Positions 28,692-38,978 of a stretch of DNA of 64,000 nucleotides are shown in pieces. Source of the DNA: an uncultured delta proteobacterium. GTDB lineage: Bacteria; Myxococcota_A; Polyangia; Fen-1088. The notes beneath the pieces are model-generated. The model saw only the letters and a list, made by a program, of their open reading frames with translations. It searched no databases and was not told the origin of the DNA. The position numbers and the translations under genes are program-made. Where the stretch lies: positions 320,001 to 384,000 of the forward strand of contig CAVTRY010000022.1 of assembly GCA_963737265.1 (NCBI GenBank). Direction: 5' to 3'. Position 1 is the first letter of the stretch. Each line of letters starts with the position of its first letter.

Positions 28692-30230
28692 CTACTGCCC
28701 CTGGATGCGGTAGACGGAAAAGAGCTCGTCGCCGACCATGGTCGGGCGGCTGGCAAAGAGCAGGGTGCGAGTGATTCCGGCCGGCGGGTCGGGAAGCCAT
28801 TCCATCGTGACGATCAACACGGGACTCTGCCGCTCGTGCAAGATCGCGACCGCACGGTTCATCAGCTCGACCGGCGAGAACGGACGACGGCGGCTGTGGA
28901 AGACCACGTCATCGTGGAACTCCGCGGTTTCGGCGGCGTAAAATGGCTTGTGCAGATAGCCGGCGACTGCGGCGGCGTAGTAATCCGGGCCACCGGCAAT
29001 GGGAAGGTCTTGTAGGCCCGACCGGCGGATGAAGGCGGCGGCATCGCGCGCCCCCGAGAAGACCTCACGGGTGTCGAGGACAGCCCCGGCAACGAAACTC
29101 TTCGACTGAATGGCCAGGATCCCGACCAGCAGCACCGTCGAGAGCCAGTGCGAGCGCCTGGGAAATTGACTGCGCAATAGCCAGCACACGCCGACGAAGA
29201 GCATGAAGAAATGCCCCCAATGGCGAGTCGTTCCAATGAAACGCACCTGCTGGAACACCATCATGGTGGCGAGCGCAGCCGCATACATCACCATGAGCCG
29301 CCATGCCGGGTAGAGGGCAAGGGTTGTAAGAAGCAAGAGGGCACCGCCCACGTATTTGGACCACCCCGATGGATCGTCCCAAAGCGCGCAGGATGCGTTC
29401 CAAAACTCCAGCGTCGTGAACTTCCGCCAGGGCAGAAAGCCCACGTTCACACGGTACAGCATATCGGGCAATGCCGAAGACGTGAATGCACCGAAGTTGA
29501 AGGCGGGGGAAAACGGATTCGGATCGGGTGGCTCGGTGGTGAAAACGCAAAACACCATCGCGGCGGTGACTATGGCGAAAACGGCTAGCAGGCGGGGCGA
29601 AGTAACGAGGACGTACTCGGTCGGCCGCGAGCCCGGTCGCGCATTCGACATCCTGAACTGATCCAGGACGAAGAATCCGAGCAGGAAGATGCACATGAAC
29701 AGGCCGTAAATGCTGGTGAGCGAGAGCAGAGCGAGCGCTAGGGCAATGGCGAAGTGGCGGACGCGATAGGGATGGTAGAAGGCGCAGAACAGGCACAAGA
29801 GCAGCCAACCGAGCACGTAGTTGCGCGCAATGACGGCGTACTCGTAACCGAAATAGTACGAGAAGATCATCAGCACCTTGAGGTAGCGCGGGAACGGCGC
29901 AAAACGCACGAGCACGACCGCCGCCGCCATGGCCGCCGCGGCGGTGGCCGCCTGAATGCCCCAGGCCGACTCCGTGAACCAGGTCCACACGTGGAGGTAC
30001 CAGAACCAGAGCGGCGGATGGCCCTCGTAGATTCGGTCCCCGGTGACAAGCTCGGCGAACCCGTGGGCCGCCCGCGACAGGCTCCAGGCGTGGATCTCGT
30101 CGCGCCACATCTCGTGGTGGACATGCATCCAAATCAGAAAGGCCAAGTAGGGGATGCAGACGAGCAGGGTGAAAGTCCACCCCGATTCTCGGTCCTTGGT
30201 CATAAGCTTGAGCGGGCGGGGTAGGGTCAC
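28692..30230 (-). CDS. Multi-pass membrane protein, probable GT-C glycosyltransferase
   Basis: HHEMWRDEIHAW...YEGHPPLWF...YEYAVIARNY and about 11 TM segments; GTG 30230 overlaps the upstream stop (alternative ATG 30203). Confidence 0.65.
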   Translation of the reverse strand: MTLPRPLKLMTKDRESGWTFTLLVCIPYLAFLIWMHVHHEMWRDEIHAWSLSRAAHGFAELVTGDRIYEGHPPLWFWYLHVWTWFTESAWGIQAATAAAAMAAAVVLVRFAPFPRYLKVLMIFSYYFGYEYAVIARNYVLGWLLLCLFCAFYHPYRVRHFAIALALALLSLTSIYGLFMCIFLLGFFVLDQFRMSNARPGSRPTEYVLVTSPRLLAVFAIVTAAMVFCVFTTEPPDPNPFSPAFNFGAFTSSALPDMLYRVNVGFLPWRKFTTLEFWNASCALWDDPSGWSKYVGGALLLLTTLALYPAWRLMVMYAAALATMMVFQQVRFIGTTRHWGHFFMLFVGVCWLLRSQFPRRSHWLSTVLLVGILAIQSKSFVAGAVLDTREVFSGARDAAAFIRRSGLQDLPIAGGPDYYAAAVAGYLHKPFYAAETAEFHDDVVFHSRRRPFSPVELMNRAVAILHERQSPVLIVTMEWLPDPPAGITRTLLFASRPTMVGDELFSVYRIQGQ

Positions 30231-31027
30231 TGGCCGTAGACCGAAATGCGCTTGAGGTGAAAGTAGTCGGTGCCCGGGCGCTGGAAGCGGATCTTCTGCG
30301 CGCGCACGGGGGCGATGTCGTATTTCCACGTCGAAAACGGCGAACGCCGTTCGGCCACGAGCTGCCAGGTGTCTCCCCTGAGAACTTTCACGTCGAGGGG
30401 AAGCGCCCGTTCTTTGCAGCAGCCGTCCCGGTTTTCGACCAGCAGGCCGCGGATCACATGTTCGTCGCCAAGATCGATTTCGACGTAGGGGTCAGGGGAG
30501 GCGGCGGTGTGAAAGAAGTGCTCTTTGTCGCTTGCTGGCCCAAGCCCAGTGCGGGGAAAGTCAAGGATGGTGCTGCTTGCGATCCAGGGTCTTCCTGCCG
30601 CCAAATCCCGCGGGAACAAGCGCCCACGAAGATCGGGCGAGATGGCACTGCCCAAGAGCAGGACGACCGCGGTGACCACGGCCAGGGCACTTGCAAGCAC
30701 CGCAAGTCCGGCGGTCAGCGCTCGAAGAGGCTCCTGGGCGCGGGTCAGCGCGCGGTGAGCAGCGTCGGCACAATCCGTCTCGGCGTCGCCCTCGACCGGA
30801 ACGAGTTCCAACGCAACGAGCTCCCGCAGTCCATTTGCCGCCCGACGGTAGACACGGTCGGAGCGCAGCGTCCAAGCGCGCACCCTGCGCACGCGCAGAC
30901 CGTCCGCGCACTGGCACAGCACCTGCGCGCGCCGGAGGCGCAACCGGTTTTTGCGCCAAAAGCGCAATCCGCCGAGAACCGTCGGCAGTGGGGAGAGGAT
31001 GGCCTGGCGGATGAGTTTGAACGACAT
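30227..31027 (-). CDS. Membrane-anchored F5/8 type C (discoidin/F-type lectin-like) domain protein
   Basis: TM segment, then FFHTAASPDPYVEIDLG...VENRDGCCKERALPL. Confidence 0.7.
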   Translation of the reverse strand: MSFKLIRQAILSPLPTVLGGLRFWRKNRLRLRRAQVLCQCADGLRVRRVRAWTLRSDRVYRRAANGLRELVALELVPVEGDAETDCADAAHRALTRAQEPLRALTAGLAVLASALAVVTAVVLLLGSAISPDLRGRLFPRDLAAGRPWIASSTILDFPRTGLGPASDKEHFFHTAASPDPYVEIDLGDEHVIRGLLVENRDGCCKERALPLDVKVLRGDTWQLVAERRSPFSTWKYDIAPVRAQKIRFQRPGTDYFHLKRISVYGQ

Positions 31028-31329
31028 GAGACTGGAAGGGGTGAGCTTAGAAGCTCCGGCACGCAGGACACAAGACTTCTATGACAGGCCGTCTGCCCAG
31101 GCTCACCTCACGCGCTCTCTTGTCGGGGTGATCGGCGCCAGATCCAACACGGAGAACGGAATCACCCATTGAGCATGACCGCCACCGCACCACGAGCAAG
31201 ACCGAAAGCAAACGCTCGACGGCCAGCGGCCCACCCGTGGAGCAGACGCAGGCCCACGACGGGGCGAGCCTCGACGCGGTCGAATCCGCCGGGGCGTAGC
31301 CACGCCGGGGCCAGACCATCTACAATCCA

Positions 31330-31453
31330 TGCTGGAGTTGCCGGAACGGTTGTAGCGGGCCAGGGCGGGAAGACTTGGGTTCCTGCCGCCGGGGAAGGGG
31401 TCGTTCTGGACGTCGACGAGAATCAGCGCGTGGCGGTCGTGCGTGTCGGCCAT
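31330..31453 (-). pseudogene. Isochorismatase/nicotinamidase (PncA-like) N-terminal fragment
   Basis: MADTHDRHALILVDVQNDPFPGG resembles the ALIxVDVQNDFxPGG start of PncA; similarity is lost straight after. Confidence 0.5.
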
Positions 31454-31976
31454 CGCGAAATCATGTGGCGGTCTGCGTTGGTTGCCATCATGGGGTCACA
31501 CACAGGCTCTTGGGGCGGGAACACTGGTTCGAAATCGGGGTCGTCGTGAAACTCGGTTCGCACCTTGTGGTGATCCGGGTGTGAGGTGTCATTGACAACA
31601 CCTTTCCACATCCTGTAGTGGCGCTCAAGCCGCTGACGGTAGGCCGCGTCATTGGCGATCATGTCCTCGAAGAGGTCGAGCAGGGCGTCCGACATCGACG
31701 ACTGCGGGTTCAAGGGGTCGAGGAATGTCTGTCCCTCGTCGTCGAACGGGGCTTGGGGAGGCTCGAAGGCGTGGCTGATGGTCGCGACGTGCTTGCGGCT
31801 CTTCGTGTCGATGACGTTGAGCACGACTCGCCGGCAGTCGCATCCAGGATCGACGCAGTAGAACTCGATGAAAAGGAAGGTATGCCCCGGCAGGTTGCCG
31901 AGATCGACCGGCGTAGCGGTACGCTCTCGTTCTTTGCCTCCTCGGGAAACAGGAGGTGGAAGGCCATCAAGCTCAT
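31423..31976 (-). pseudogene. Frameshifted hypothetical (family with EFYCxDPGCDCRRV motif)
   Basis: MSLMAFHLLFPEEAKNE in one frame continues as RTATPVDLGNLPGHTFLFIEFYCVDPGCDCRRVVLNV...RLERHYRMWK in another; shift near 31925. Confidence 0.55.
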
Positions 31977-32018
31977 GGCGTGCTTCTGGTACGACTGGCT
32001 AGGGTTCGCGTTCGAAAA

Positions 32019-32543
32019 CTATTCACGAACTCGACCGCCTGCGTGCTTCAGCTCGAGACGATCTACGAGCCGGTGCCACCACCTTTGGGCGAGGTCCGGC
32101 GCCTCGGATGTCGGGCGGGCATGGCGTACGCCGACCAGGGAGCGACCGAGTCGTCGTCCCCGAGGTGTCCTTGAACCTCGGTCGATGTCGTGTTCGTGAA
32201 ACGTCTCGATAATCGTTTCTTCACCAGCGCACATGGGCGCGAGCACCTCGATACAGATGCGCGCTTGCTGTGCCCCGAGCCGGTTCGAACTCGGATAGAA
32301 GATCGCGAAGCGCACCTCGGCGAAAGCGAATCCATCGCGGAATGCTGGGTTACCTCGGCTAGCATCGCTGTCACCGTGGCCGGCGCACGTCGACACAATC
32401 TCAACGCCATGGACGAAGGCGAGATCGTTGAGGCGCTGCATGAGCACTGGGTCAAGCTCGGCGTCCAGCTCGTAAGTCCGCCATCCCTTCGTCTCGGCGG
32501 AGCGCAGGCGAACGTGGCGCACACCGTTTTCGGTCGAGAGCAT
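32019..32543 (-). CDS. Hypothetical protein
   Basis: 174-aa ORF with protein-like composition (STCAGH motif); no family recognised. Confidence 0.45.
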   Translation of the reverse strand: MLSTENGVRHVRLRSAETKGWRTYELDAELDPVLMQRLNDLAFVHGVEIVSTCAGHGDSDASRGNPAFRDGFAFAEVRFAIFYPSSNRLGAQQARICIEVLAPMCAGEETIIETFHEHDIDRGSRTPRGRRLGRSLVGVRHARPTSEAPDLAQRWWHRLVDRLELKHAGGRVRE

Positions 32544-32927
32544 CGGTCCAAGTCCATGCGGGCTTCAGGGTACCACGACGTCGCCGCAGTGACCTGAAGG
32601 GCCGCTACCCAGATCGGCCACGACGCGATTCGAGCCGTTGAGAACGCGTCTGAACTGGGAGAGGTATTTGGAACTACTCAAGCGTTTCCCTCTTCCGCGT
32701 CCCAGTATCCGTGTCCGAATCTGGGGCGCCTAGCCACGAGCCACACCGACGGAGGAGCCGTATGGTTGAAATCTCCTAGTACGGATCTGGTGAGGGCCAG
32801 GGACGGGCAACTGCCCCTGGCTACTCTACAGTGCCATTTTCCCTCGCTCGAGAGAAAGCCGATAGCAGAGATTACGTCAACTACATATGCCTATATGGCG
32901 AGATTATCCCCTATACCCAGACGCGCC

Positions 32928-32953
32928 AGAGGTTCGAGTCCTCTTTCCCGCAC
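32928..32953 (+). mobile_element. tRNA 3'-end fragment (T-arm plus acceptor 3' strand), att-like remnant
   Basis: AGAGG-TTCGAGT-CCTCT T stem-loop followed by TTCCCGC-A; no complementary 5' acceptor strand or D/anticodon arms upstream. Confidence 0.6.
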
Positions 32954-32982
32954 GCTACTGTCTTAGGCGTTCTTGGGCTGGC

Positions 32983-34566
32983 TCAGTCGACCTTCAACTG
33001 GCGGCGAAGGATCTTCCCTGCGGGACCTCGCGGTAGGGCCGCGAGGATGGTGATGCCTGCCGGTCGAAAGACAGGCGGAAGGCACGTCTTCAGATCGTCC
33101 GCAATGAAGCCTTCCGAAACCTCCCCAAAGCCCGTTCGCAGCTCGACAAACAGATGAACGGATTGACCGTACTCGACGCTAGCCACCCCCACCGCGGCGG
33201 AGGCAAGCACGTACGGTCGCCGGTTGATCGCGTCCTCGATGGTCTTGGGTAGCACGTTTTCGCCACCACAAATGAGCATGTCGTCCGCGCGGCCGTCCAG
33301 ATACAGCCGCCCGTCCTGGCCGAAGTGGGCGAGGTCCCCGGTATCGATCCCCAGGCTTGCATCCGCCTTGCCTTGCACCAGTTCACCACGCACGCGGAGT
33401 CGGCCGATTTTTCCCGGACTGACCGAAGCACCGTCGGTGGTCTGCAAATCGACTGAGACGCCGGGTAAGGTCCGGCCCACGGAGGTGGGAGCGACGCGAA
33501 GATCTTCGGGGGTCGCGAGAGAAATCAGGCCCGCCTCGGTGGATCCGTAGAGATTGAACAGGATTGGGCCCAATCGTTCCGTTCCCTGCGTGGCCAGGCT
33601 GGCCGTCAAGGGCGCCGAGCCACAGATCACCTGGCGCACGGTTGTCGTGGCGCCTGCCATTCCGCCTTCCATGCCGCCTTCGAGAAGCCTGCGCAAAACC
33701 GTGGGGACCAGGACCACGACCCGGATTTCGTTCTCCGCGATGCAGCTCAGCAGGTCCTCTGCACGCGCCCGCGGCAAGATGAACAGGGGAGCGGCCAAGG
33801 CGAGACTCATTCCCAGGGTTGCGAGACCATGTCCATGCAGCAAAGGAATCGTCAGCAAGGTGGGCTCGCCTCGCTTGGGTTGAAGCTGGTCCAAGAGCGC
33901 GGTCACGGTGCGAAGGAGCTGGCGCAAGGTGGGGCGGTGTCGAACAGCCCGGGCCGGGCCGGTGGTGCCAGAAGTCATGATGACGACAGCACCGGTTTTC
34001 CTGACCAGGCCACGTATAGGCCGTTGTCGCCCAAGCCGTGGCAATTGGCCCAGCTTCTCATCGACCAGCGCGGCCGTGGATACCACACGCCCCTGAAGTC
34101 CGGGGAACCGCGCCTCCAAGGTCGCAACCTGCGGCCGAAACTCGTCGTCGCAGATCAGAAGATCGAGGCGTTCGGTCTCACACAGATGCGTGACTTGTTC
34201 CACCGCGAACGTCGTGCTCAGCAGTACGACGTCTGCGCCCTCGCGCCCGCAGGCCAGCAGTGCTTCAACAAAGACCAGACTGTTTCGGCATAAGATGCCC
34301 ACGCGGTGATGGTCCCCAAGGCCTAGCGCCTGGGCCAGCTGCACCGCGCGCTTTTCCAGCTGGCGGAAGGTGGCTCGTCGATGCGGCTCGACCACCGCGA
34401 CCGAGTCGGGGAACCGTCGCGCGTTCCACGCGACCAAGGTGAACAAGGAATAGCCGCGGCGAAGCAGCGTCCACACCAGACTCAGAATGGCCAGCAACGG
34501 ATGCGTACCCAGGATACCTGTGCGGCTCAAGGCGCGAAAGGCAGTTCGCATGACAGCAATGGACAC
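32983..34566 (-). CDS. AMP-dependent acyl-CoA synthetase/ligase
   Basis: MTSGTTGPAR, PLLHGHG, YGSTEAG, TGDLAH, GRADDMLICGGENV, LPRGPAGKILRR. Confidence 0.9.
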   Translation of the reverse strand: MSIAVMRTAFRALSRTGILGTHPLLAILSLVWTLLRRGYSLFTLVAWNARRFPDSVAVVEPHRRATFRQLEKRAVQLAQALGLGDHHRVGILCRNSLVFVEALLACGREGADVVLLSTTFAVEQVTHLCETERLDLLICDDEFRPQVATLEARFPGLQGRVVSTAALVDEKLGQLPRLGRQRPIRGLVRKTGAVVIMTSGTTGPARAVRHRPTLRQLLRTVTALLDQLQPKRGEPTLLTIPLLHGHGLATLGMSLALAAPLFILPRARAEDLLSCIAENEIRVVVLVPTVLRRLLEGGMEGGMAGATTTVRQVICGSAPLTASLATQGTERLGPILFNLYGSTEAGLISLATPEDLRVAPTSVGRTLPGVSVDLQTTDGASVSPGKIGRLRVRGELVQGKADASLGIDTGDLAHFGQDGRLYLDGRADDMLICGGENVLPKTIEDAINRRPYVLASAAVGVASVEYGQSVHLFVELRTGFGEVSEGFIADDLKTCLPPVFRPAGITILAALPRGPAGKILRRQLKVD

Positions 34567-34582
34567 GGCTTGCTACGGCGCC

Positions 34583-35422
34583 TCAAGGGTTACGTTGGTG
34601 GTCCAGGGCCGTCAGCAGACGGTTGACGAGGGTTCCGCAGCAAAGCACGCCAAGCTCGCACCACCACAACCACCAAGGCGCGATGCGGTCGACGGGTTTG
34701 ACCGCGGCGCGGGCAATAACCTGGGCGGCCTGCAAGGGCGTGAGGGCGGGAATCCGATCGTAGATTCCACTGGGGACGATCATGCGGGAGCGGACCAATG
34801 GCATGTAAATCGACGAAATGAAAATCTTTCGCGGACGCAGTTCGCAGGCGATACTGCGCAACCAGACATCGAATCCAGCCTTGCTGCCCTGGTAGGCTGA
34901 CCACCTGGGCGCACCTGGCTGTCGGGCCGAGACCGTTGATACGTTGATGATCTGACCGCCCCCTTGCTCGATCATGCGCGGCAAGAGCGCCGTGATGAGC
35001 GCGGCTGGACTGGAGAAATTCACGGCTAAAGAGCGCTCGAGATCGGTCCGCCCCCACGCATCGGCGATACGCCGGCGGATGGACTTGCCTGCGTTGGAAA
35101 TCACCACGTCGATGCGGGGATGCGCAGTCTGGATCCGGGCGGCCAGGTCCGACATCTGGTCCGCATGATAGAGGTCGCCAGGATAGGCAAAGGCTTGCCC
35201 ACCCCGCCCACGGATCTGTTCGACCACTTCCCCAAGCTTGTCTTTGGTTCGTGCCACCAGAATCAGCGTGGCCCCGGCATCGGCAAACAGACGAGACGTA
35301 GCCTCTCCAATCCCGTAAGAGGCGCCAGTGACAAGAACGGTCTTGCCCACAACGGCCGAACGGAGACGTCCGGCGCTGGCACATCGAGGCGGCGAGAGCA
35401 GGATGCGGGACAAGAGCGACAC
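34583..35422 (-). CDS. SDR-family NAD(P)-dependent oxidoreductase
   Basis: TGASYGIG, SNAGKSIRR, YQGSK (YxxxK), YMPLVRSRMI. Confidence 0.9.
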   Translation of the reverse strand: MSLLSRILLSPPRCASAGRLRSAVVGKTVLVTGASYGIGEATSRLFADAGATLILVARTKDKLGEVVEQIRGRGGQAFAYPGDLYHADQMSDLAARIQTAHPRIDVVISNAGKSIRRRIADAWGRTDLERSLAVNFSSPAALITALLPRMIEQGGGQIINVSTVSARQPGAPRWSAYQGSKAGFDVWLRSIACELRPRKIFISSIYMPLVRSRMIVPSGIYDRIPALTPLQAAQVIARAAVKPVDRIAPWWLWWCELGVLCCGTLVNRLLTALDHQRNP

Positions 35423-35486
35423 GGGTTGCTTGGAGGGTACTCTCAGAGTTCTAGAAAGTCACCGCGTCGGCCGGTGGGCTGAACCT

Positions 35487-35720
35487 CTAACCGAACAGAC
35501 GTGAAATATCGGACGCGAGCAGCTGGTTGTACTTTTGGAAGAAGCTACGAACTTGCCGAAGAGTGGATCGAGCTTGGTCGGGTCACGCTGCCACTGCAAA
35601 TTGCAGTTGAATACCAGCATGCCGGCGGCGGGGAAGCCGAAAGAATGGCGACTCTCTCCCTTGACTAGCCTCGCCCACGCCGGACGGGTGTCCGGGGGCA
35701 GCTCAAGGGGAAGGGTGTCG
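35487..35720 (-). pseudogene. Small hypothetical protein with a frameshift
   Basis: LPPDTRPAWARLVKGESRHSFGFPAAGMLVF...DPTKLDPL continues in another frame as RQVRSFFQKYNQLLASDISRLFG*. Confidence 0.35.
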
Positions 35721-36004
35721 GAAACCGGGGTCGGGCGGCGAACGTAGCGCTTGGGAGGTTGGTCCACGGCCGAATAGCCCGTTAAAGGGTCATCCTGGTA
35801 CAACGACTGCCACGGCGAGAACTTGAGTTAAGCTATCGAAAATGGCCATGAAGCGCTACTTGGCGACTTGATCTGACGCGGCGAGCAGCCTCGGATCGGC
35901 CGCTGCTTCGATCGCGGCGATGGGCGACGTCCCCCCGTTCTTCGTCCAACCGCCACTACGGTAGATAGTCATTTCAAGTGCCATTTTTCCTCGCTCAAAA
36001 AACC

Positions 36005-36647
36005 ATGGCAGCGCGATTGAACGGTCCCCTTGGAAAATGGTTGGTTTTTGGACTGGCCATTGCACTTCAGGTCGGCACCGCTCGCGCGGATGTGGTCGTG
36101 CGAAACCCGTCAGAAATGGACGACGACTTCATGGCCCGTGTTCGGGGACATTCATCTGAGCTGGCGCGGAAGGTCGTTCGTTCTACCGAGCTCGCTAGTG
36201 GTAGGGCCACGCTGATCGGGTTCGTAAACGCCGAGGACAACTCCCTGGTCGGGCACCTCCTGATCGAGACGTCGCCCGGCCGATACGAGCACTTGAGGTT
36301 TCCAAGCTGTGAAGAGGAGTGAAGAGGAGGGAGGGGCACCGGAGCTTCTGGCCGTGTTCTTCGCCCGCACCGTCAATGGCGGTGGTCGCGATCTGGCGGT
36401 GCTGTGTAGCTGGGAGGCCCGGGGCGCGATCGTCAATGGGATGTCTTACAGTGCCCAATTCTACCGACTCAAAGAGAGAGGAGCACAAATGGTCGTGGAG
36501 CCGGTGGCGGACATGAATGCAAAGTTCCAAACGGACGATCTGATCCGTCGCACTGAGCATGGCAAGTGGGTTCAGGGGCCCAAAGCGAAGTTCAAGACGG
36601 TGGCCGATGTCAAGAAGCTACTGACGAAGATGGGAATCAAACAGTAG
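36005..36647 (+). pseudogene. Secreted hypothetical protein split by a 10-bp tandem duplication
   Basis: Signal peptide (KWLVFGLAIALQVGTARA). GTGAAGAGGA is duplicated at 36309-36328; removing one copy fuses ...FPSCEEE with GGAPELLAVFFART...KMGIKQ*. Confidence 0.7.
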
Positions 36648-37043
36648 GCGTCAATAAAAGCGCCTGAACCAACGCATCCGCAGCACCAAGACCGCCGATG
36701 TGGTTAAAGAGGCCGCATCCGAGGCAGCTCGAAAATGGCACATCATCACAAGCCTCAAGCCAGAAGATTTTGCTCACGCATTGCGAGTTGCCCGTGTCGC
36801 GCCTCCAATTGCGACGTCATGGATGAGGCAATCGCGGCGGCGTGTCCGGCTTCGGAACTGTGACTCTTATTAGTGTGACGCAGGCCCTCGGGAAAGAGCA
36901 AATCGCGCAGCTGCAACAGTTCGACCCCTGCCTTCGATACTTTGGCCAGCGTCAAGACGAAAAGCCACGAAAGTCCTCCGGCGCGCAAGCGGCAGGGTTC
37001 ACTTCCGCCTTCCGGCGCCGATCCCTGTATAAGACGCGCGCCC

Positions 37044-37100
37044 ATGTCCTGGATTCTGCTCGCTCTGCTATCGGCGATTTTCCTAGGGGCTATGGCGCTC
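37044..37100 (+). pseudogene. EamA/DMT transporter N-terminal fragment
   Basis: MSWILLALLSAIFLG resembles a typical EamA start; no continuation follows. Confidence 0.35.
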
Positions 37101-37268
37101 GTACGCGCCTCCTCCGACGGGCGCGTGAGTGTGACAGCTTGCTGCTGGTTGCGCGGAAAGCACCAGCAGGTGGTCTCGGCAACGAGGCGATATTTGTTGC
37201 TAGCGAAACGCAGCATTCGGGCTCGCGTTGGGCTCGCGTGTCTCTCGTAGGTCGACGGAGGTAGTAGA

Positions 37269-38177
37269 TCAGGGATGGCGGAATGCCAACACCCAGGCAC
37301 CGGCCAGGGTGGCGACCGTGGCGAGCAGGGTAAGGGCTTGCGCCGGCAGCCGCACCGGTCGTCTGACGAACTGGCCAAGCAGCACCCCGAACAGGATGCC
37401 GAAAGCAAGACCACCGGCGTGCGCAACCACGTCCGAACGTTCGCCCATTCCCAGCATGGCAAACAGACCGAGTGCCGCCGCCACGCCGAGCATCGCCCGG
37501 CGCACGCGGCCCACCCCGCGCACGCGAAAGCGCCGCACGAATTGCAGCCCGCCCAGCACGCCGAGCGCACCGAAGGTCGCGGTGGATGCGCCGACCACGT
37601 TGTGCGAGGTCGAATAGATGAAGGCGGTGAGAAGATTGCCGGCGATCCCGGCCAAAAGCGTCGCGAGCAGCGCCAGTCCGCCGCCCAGCCAGCGGCCGAG
37701 CGCGCTGACGAACACCAGGCTGGCCACCGCATTACCCGCCACGTGCATGGCATCGGCATGCAGGGTCAGGGCGGTGACGGCTCGCCACAGCTCGTGCTGA
37801 TGGACGATGGCGTCCGCAATGGCGCTTCCTTGGCGAAACCATCCCAGCGCGTCCGGACCGGTGCGTGAACCGGTGACGACGAAAAATGCGACGAGGGTAA
37901 TAGCCATCGCCACGCCAACGAAGGATGGTCCGTGATCGGGGGCCGCAACTTCTCGCGGCGGGCCGTCGGCGGCTTCCCTGTCGTGGGCGTCGAGCGCCGC
38001 GATGGCGGTGGCGACCATTTGCGGGGGAACCAGCACGGCGAAACCAGCGTCGGTGGCCAGCACGCGATGGGGAATGGCCATGGCCTCCAAGACGAAATCC
38101 CAGCCCTCCGCCTGTCCGCGATCGGGGGAGGCGCGCACCACGGCTTCGCTCGGGACTTCGGCTGCCACTTCCGACAA
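37269..38177 (-). CDS. Rhomboid-family intramembrane serine protease
   Basis: WRAVTALTLHADAMHVAGN, VGASTATFG (catalytic Ser), DVVAHAGG (catalytic His). Confidence 0.9.
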   Translation of the reverse strand: MSEVAAEVPSEAVVRASPDRGQAEGWDFVLEAMAIPHRVLATDAGFAVLVPPQMVATAIAALDAHDREAADGPPREVAAPDHGPSFVGVAMAITLVAFFVVTGSRTGPDALGWFRQGSAIADAIVHQHELWRAVTALTLHADAMHVAGNAVASLVFVSALGRWLGGGLALLATLLAGIAGNLLTAFIYSTSHNVVGASTATFGALGVLGGLQFVRRFRVRGVGRVRRAMLGVAAALGLFAMLGMGERSDVVAHAGGLAFGILFGVLLGQFVRRPVRLPAQALTLLATVATLAGAWVLAFRHP

Positions 38178-38978
38178 TCATAGCAGCCCTTGGCCTGTCC
38201 ACAGGGATTCGGCCAGCTCGGCCGCGGCCAAATCCTGCTGGGTGTCGATCTCGCGCCATTCACCGTCGATGAACACAGGTTTGAGCTGCTTTCCAGCGTC
38301 GGCCATGCTGTTGAGTGCGTCGGTCAGGTAGGCCTGCCGCAAAGTCTTCGCTCGGCCGAACGGAGCGTCGAGGCCACCGCCGCGAAGCGCACGCTGCCAA
38401 TGATCCGCGAGCACCCCGGCACCTTCCGCCGAGAAATGCGCGAGACCGATGAATTCACCGACGGCCTTCGCGGCCGGAACAGCTCCCTTGCCGACTTGAA
38501 CCACGCGCATGGGCGGGGAGTCGACGGCGGCTAACTCGGCCTCCGAGACGGGATGCAAGTCCCGGCCTTGGTAGGCGTCGGCCCAGCGCCGGTCGACAAC
38601 CAGCGAAGCAGCCGCCGGGTTCTTGGTCCCGATCGCGAGCCGTGCGACCACGCTCGGCGCGTACATGATGTCGCAATAGGAAAAATAGAAACCGCCTGCG
38701 AATTCGGTGCTGGCGCACATGAGCGAGGCCAGGATGTTGTTGTGTTCCCATTCGCGGTTGTCGATGAAGCGCACTGGGGTCGTGCCCGGATCGATTCGCT
38801 CTCCCAGGTAGCCGCGCACGATGACGATGTCGCGGATGCCTGCCGCGGCCATCGCCCGCAATTGCCAATGCAGAATGGGTCGGCCGCCCACCTTCACCAT
38901 GCACTTGGGAATGTCGTCGGTGTTCTGACCCAGGCGCCGGCCGCGCCCGGCGGCGACGATGATTGCTTTGTCAGTCAT
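38178..38978 (-). CDS. Phosphocholine/phosphonate cytidylyltransferase-like NTP transferase (LicC/PntC-like)
   Basis: IIVAAGRGRRLG...IPKCMV, NNILASL, SYCDIMY, GEFIGL, WREIDTQQDL. Confidence 0.85.
   Translation of the reverse strand: MTDKAIIVAAGRGRRLGQNTDDIPKCMVKVGGRPILHWQLRAMAAAGIRDIVIVRGYLGERIDPGTTPVRFIDNREWEHNNILASLMCASTEFAGGFYFSYCDIMYAPSVVARLAIGTKNPAAASLVVDRRWADAYQGRDLHPVSEAELAAVDSPPMRVVQVGKGAVPAAKAVGEFIGLAHFSAEGAGVLADHWQRALRGGGLDAPFGRAKTLRQAYLTDALNSMADAGKQLKPVFIDGEWREIDTQQDLAAAELAESLWTGQGLL

Noticed and set aside
32011-32029. TTCGAAAACTATTCACGAA as a third Rex site
   Set aside because: The left arm mismatches the core, spacing is off, and it overlaps a gene end in a decayed region.
32860-32960. 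Complete tRNA gene
   Set aside because: Only the T-arm and 3' acceptor strand are present.
36309-36325. In-frame TGA as selenocysteine or readthrough
   Set aside because: The downstream coding sequence is in a different frame and is explained by the 10-bp duplication.
35440-36760. Possible integron cassettes / attC sites around the small genes
   Set aside because: No convincing paired RYYYAAC...GTTRRRY boxes with internal symmetry, and no intI gene.
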